The position numbers and the translations under genes are program-made. Positions 62,755-64,000 of a DNA stretch of 64,000 nucleotides are shown piece by piece. Source of the stretch: Candidatus Latescibacterota bacterium (GTDB lineage Bacteria > Latescibacterota > UBA2968 > SICM01); NCBI GenBank assembly GCA_965217865.1, contig CBDCJO010000001.1, forward strand, positions 384,001 through 448,000. Direction: 5' to 3'. Under the pieces are notes generated by a model. That model was not told the origin of the DNA and searched no databases. It worked only from the letters and a program-made list of their open reading frames with translations. The first letter of the stretch is position 1; every line of letters begins with the position of its first letter.

Positions 62755-63510
62755 TTAGATCGGCTTCCCCAGGTATCGTCCAAAATTCTCCTCAGTCTGT
62801 CTCTCGATCGTTTCGAAATCCACATCCCTCACCTCGGCGACCCTCTCTGCCACCCTGGTTATCCACGCCGGCTCTGATCTTTCATCCCCAAAAGGCACCG
62901 GACTGTCCGTTTCCAGAAGCAGGAGATCATCCGCGATCGTCTTCACGACTTCCTGGGTTTCTGAACGATGAAGGACAGCGGGACCAACTGAGATGAAGAT
63001 TCCGGCTTCACACGCTTTTTTGACAAGTTTTTTCGACTGTGTGAACCAGTGCATCTGGACATTCAATCCGGTTTCCTCGTGAAATCGGATCCCTTCCTCC
63101 AGCGTCTCCCGCAGGGCCCTTCGAGAGTGGAGATTAACAGGTTTTTGCTTCTCTCCGGCCAACTCAAACTGCTGATTCAGAACGGATCGCTGGAAGGCTC
63201 GCTCCTCCGGCTGCTCCGCAACCATGAAGTCCAATCCGGCTTCCCCGAGCATCCCCACCTCATCCAAATGGGAGCGAATAAACGCCATCCCTGCATCTAT
63301 CTCCTCTGGTGACATCCTATTGACCAGGGCGGGATGCAATCCCAACCCCACCATGACTTCGTCATAACACCGACTTAAATTCATCGCCTTCTCCATGGAA
63401 GCCAGATCTTCACTGACGACGATTCGCCGGATGCCGCTTTCCGATGCCCGGGCAACGGCGTTCGCCACGTCCGGGATCTGATAGAGATGGCAGTGAGAGT
63501 CGATCAGCAC
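62755..63510 (-). CDS. TatD-family hydrolase
   Basis: IDSHCHL, GLHP, GEAGLD, HSR, ETDSP. Confidence 0.9.
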   Translation of the reverse strand: MLIDSHCHLYQIPDVANAVARASESGIRRIVVSEDLASMEKAMNLSRCYDEVMVGLGLHPALVNRMSPEEIDAGMAFIRSHLDEVGMLGEAGLDFMVAEQPEERAFQRSVLNQQFELAGEKQKPVNLHSRRALRETLEEGIRFHEETGLNVQMHWFTQSKKLVKKACEAGIFISVGPAVLHRSETQEVVKTIADDLLLLETDSPVPFGDERSEPAWITRVAERVAEVRDVDFETIERQTEENFGRYLGKPI

Positions 63511-63531
63511 GGTCTGAATTCCGACTTCAAA

Positions 63532-64000
63532 CTAAATCCCGACTTCTGCGATTCGAACCGGTTCCCCTTTTTCACCCGACTCGATGATGGCAAGGGACAC
63601 GGCAAGGCTTTTCACCGCATCGTCATATGGGGATCTTATCATCGAAGAATCCTTGGTCCTCACGGCCTTCACGAACACCTCGTCGATCCCCTTGTCCGTG
63701 GTTTCTAAAGTTCGGGTCTTCCCATTCTCCGTGATCGAGACCTTTCCGGAATCCCAGCGCAGGAGATTCTGGCCGTACAGGACTTCGATCACGTTTGAAT
63801 GGCTCCAATCCGTTAAATCGTATGTCCAGTTCGTCGTCAGAGACCCCAGGACGCCGCTCTCGAATTGTAACGTCACGACGTGTGTGTCGGGGCAGTCGAT
63901 CTCACGCAGTTGTCGGAATGCCCGCTGTGTGTAGACCTCTTCGATTTCCCCGAACAGATACCGCGTCATATCGATCGTGTGCGTCGCCTGTTCCAGGATC
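63532..64000 (-). CDS. Gfo/Idh/MocA oxidoreductase, C-terminal part
   Basis: ILEQATHTIDMTRYLFG...SPYDDAVKSLAV; open at the window edge. Confidence 0.8.
   Translation of the reverse strand, partial: ILEQATHTIDMTRYLFGEIEEVYTQRAFRQLREIDCPDTHVVTLQFESGVLGSLTTNWTYDLTDWSHSNVIEVLYGQNLLRWDSGKVSITENGKTRTLETTDKGIDEVFVKAVRTKDSSMIRSPYDDAVKSLAVSLAIIESGEKGEPVRIAEVGI

Overview
Bacterial chromosomal window, probably from an uncultured lineage; the soluble beta-propeller kinase and the carboxypeptidase-regulatory repeat protein suggest Latescibacterota or a relative (inference only). The left half (1-33.3 kb) is accessory DNA disrupted by IS elements. It holds an intact IS1595-family element (26-bp IRs, 8-bp TSD) carrying a Panacea/DUF4065 gene, an overlapping two-helix membrane protein and an unannotated 50-aa ORF. 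It also has a DUF1538/P-II pair, a secreted protein with about 20 x 85-aa repeats behind a sigma54-type promoter, and several signalling genes (an Amt-kinase relic, a sensorless kinase with an NtrC-type regulator). Two inverted IS5/IS1182-type copies appear to have inverted about 13 kb and split one hybrid histidine kinase gene. The right half (33.3-64 kb) is core metabolism: gatAB, pssA/psd, an HtrA-like protease, truA, comEC, accA, argJ, aminotransferases, and a long ilvN-ilvC-leuA-leuC-leuD-leuS-leuB-cimA cluster divergent from ilvD. That cluster has an Ile/Leu/Val-rich leader peptide with attenuator-like structure, a second uORF just upstream of leuA with a 16-nt match to the 16S rRNA 3' end, and a LeuRS with non-canonical SVGH/RMSKS motifs. 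No rRNA, tRNA or CRISPR array was seen. All family calls come from reading motifs, not from database searches.
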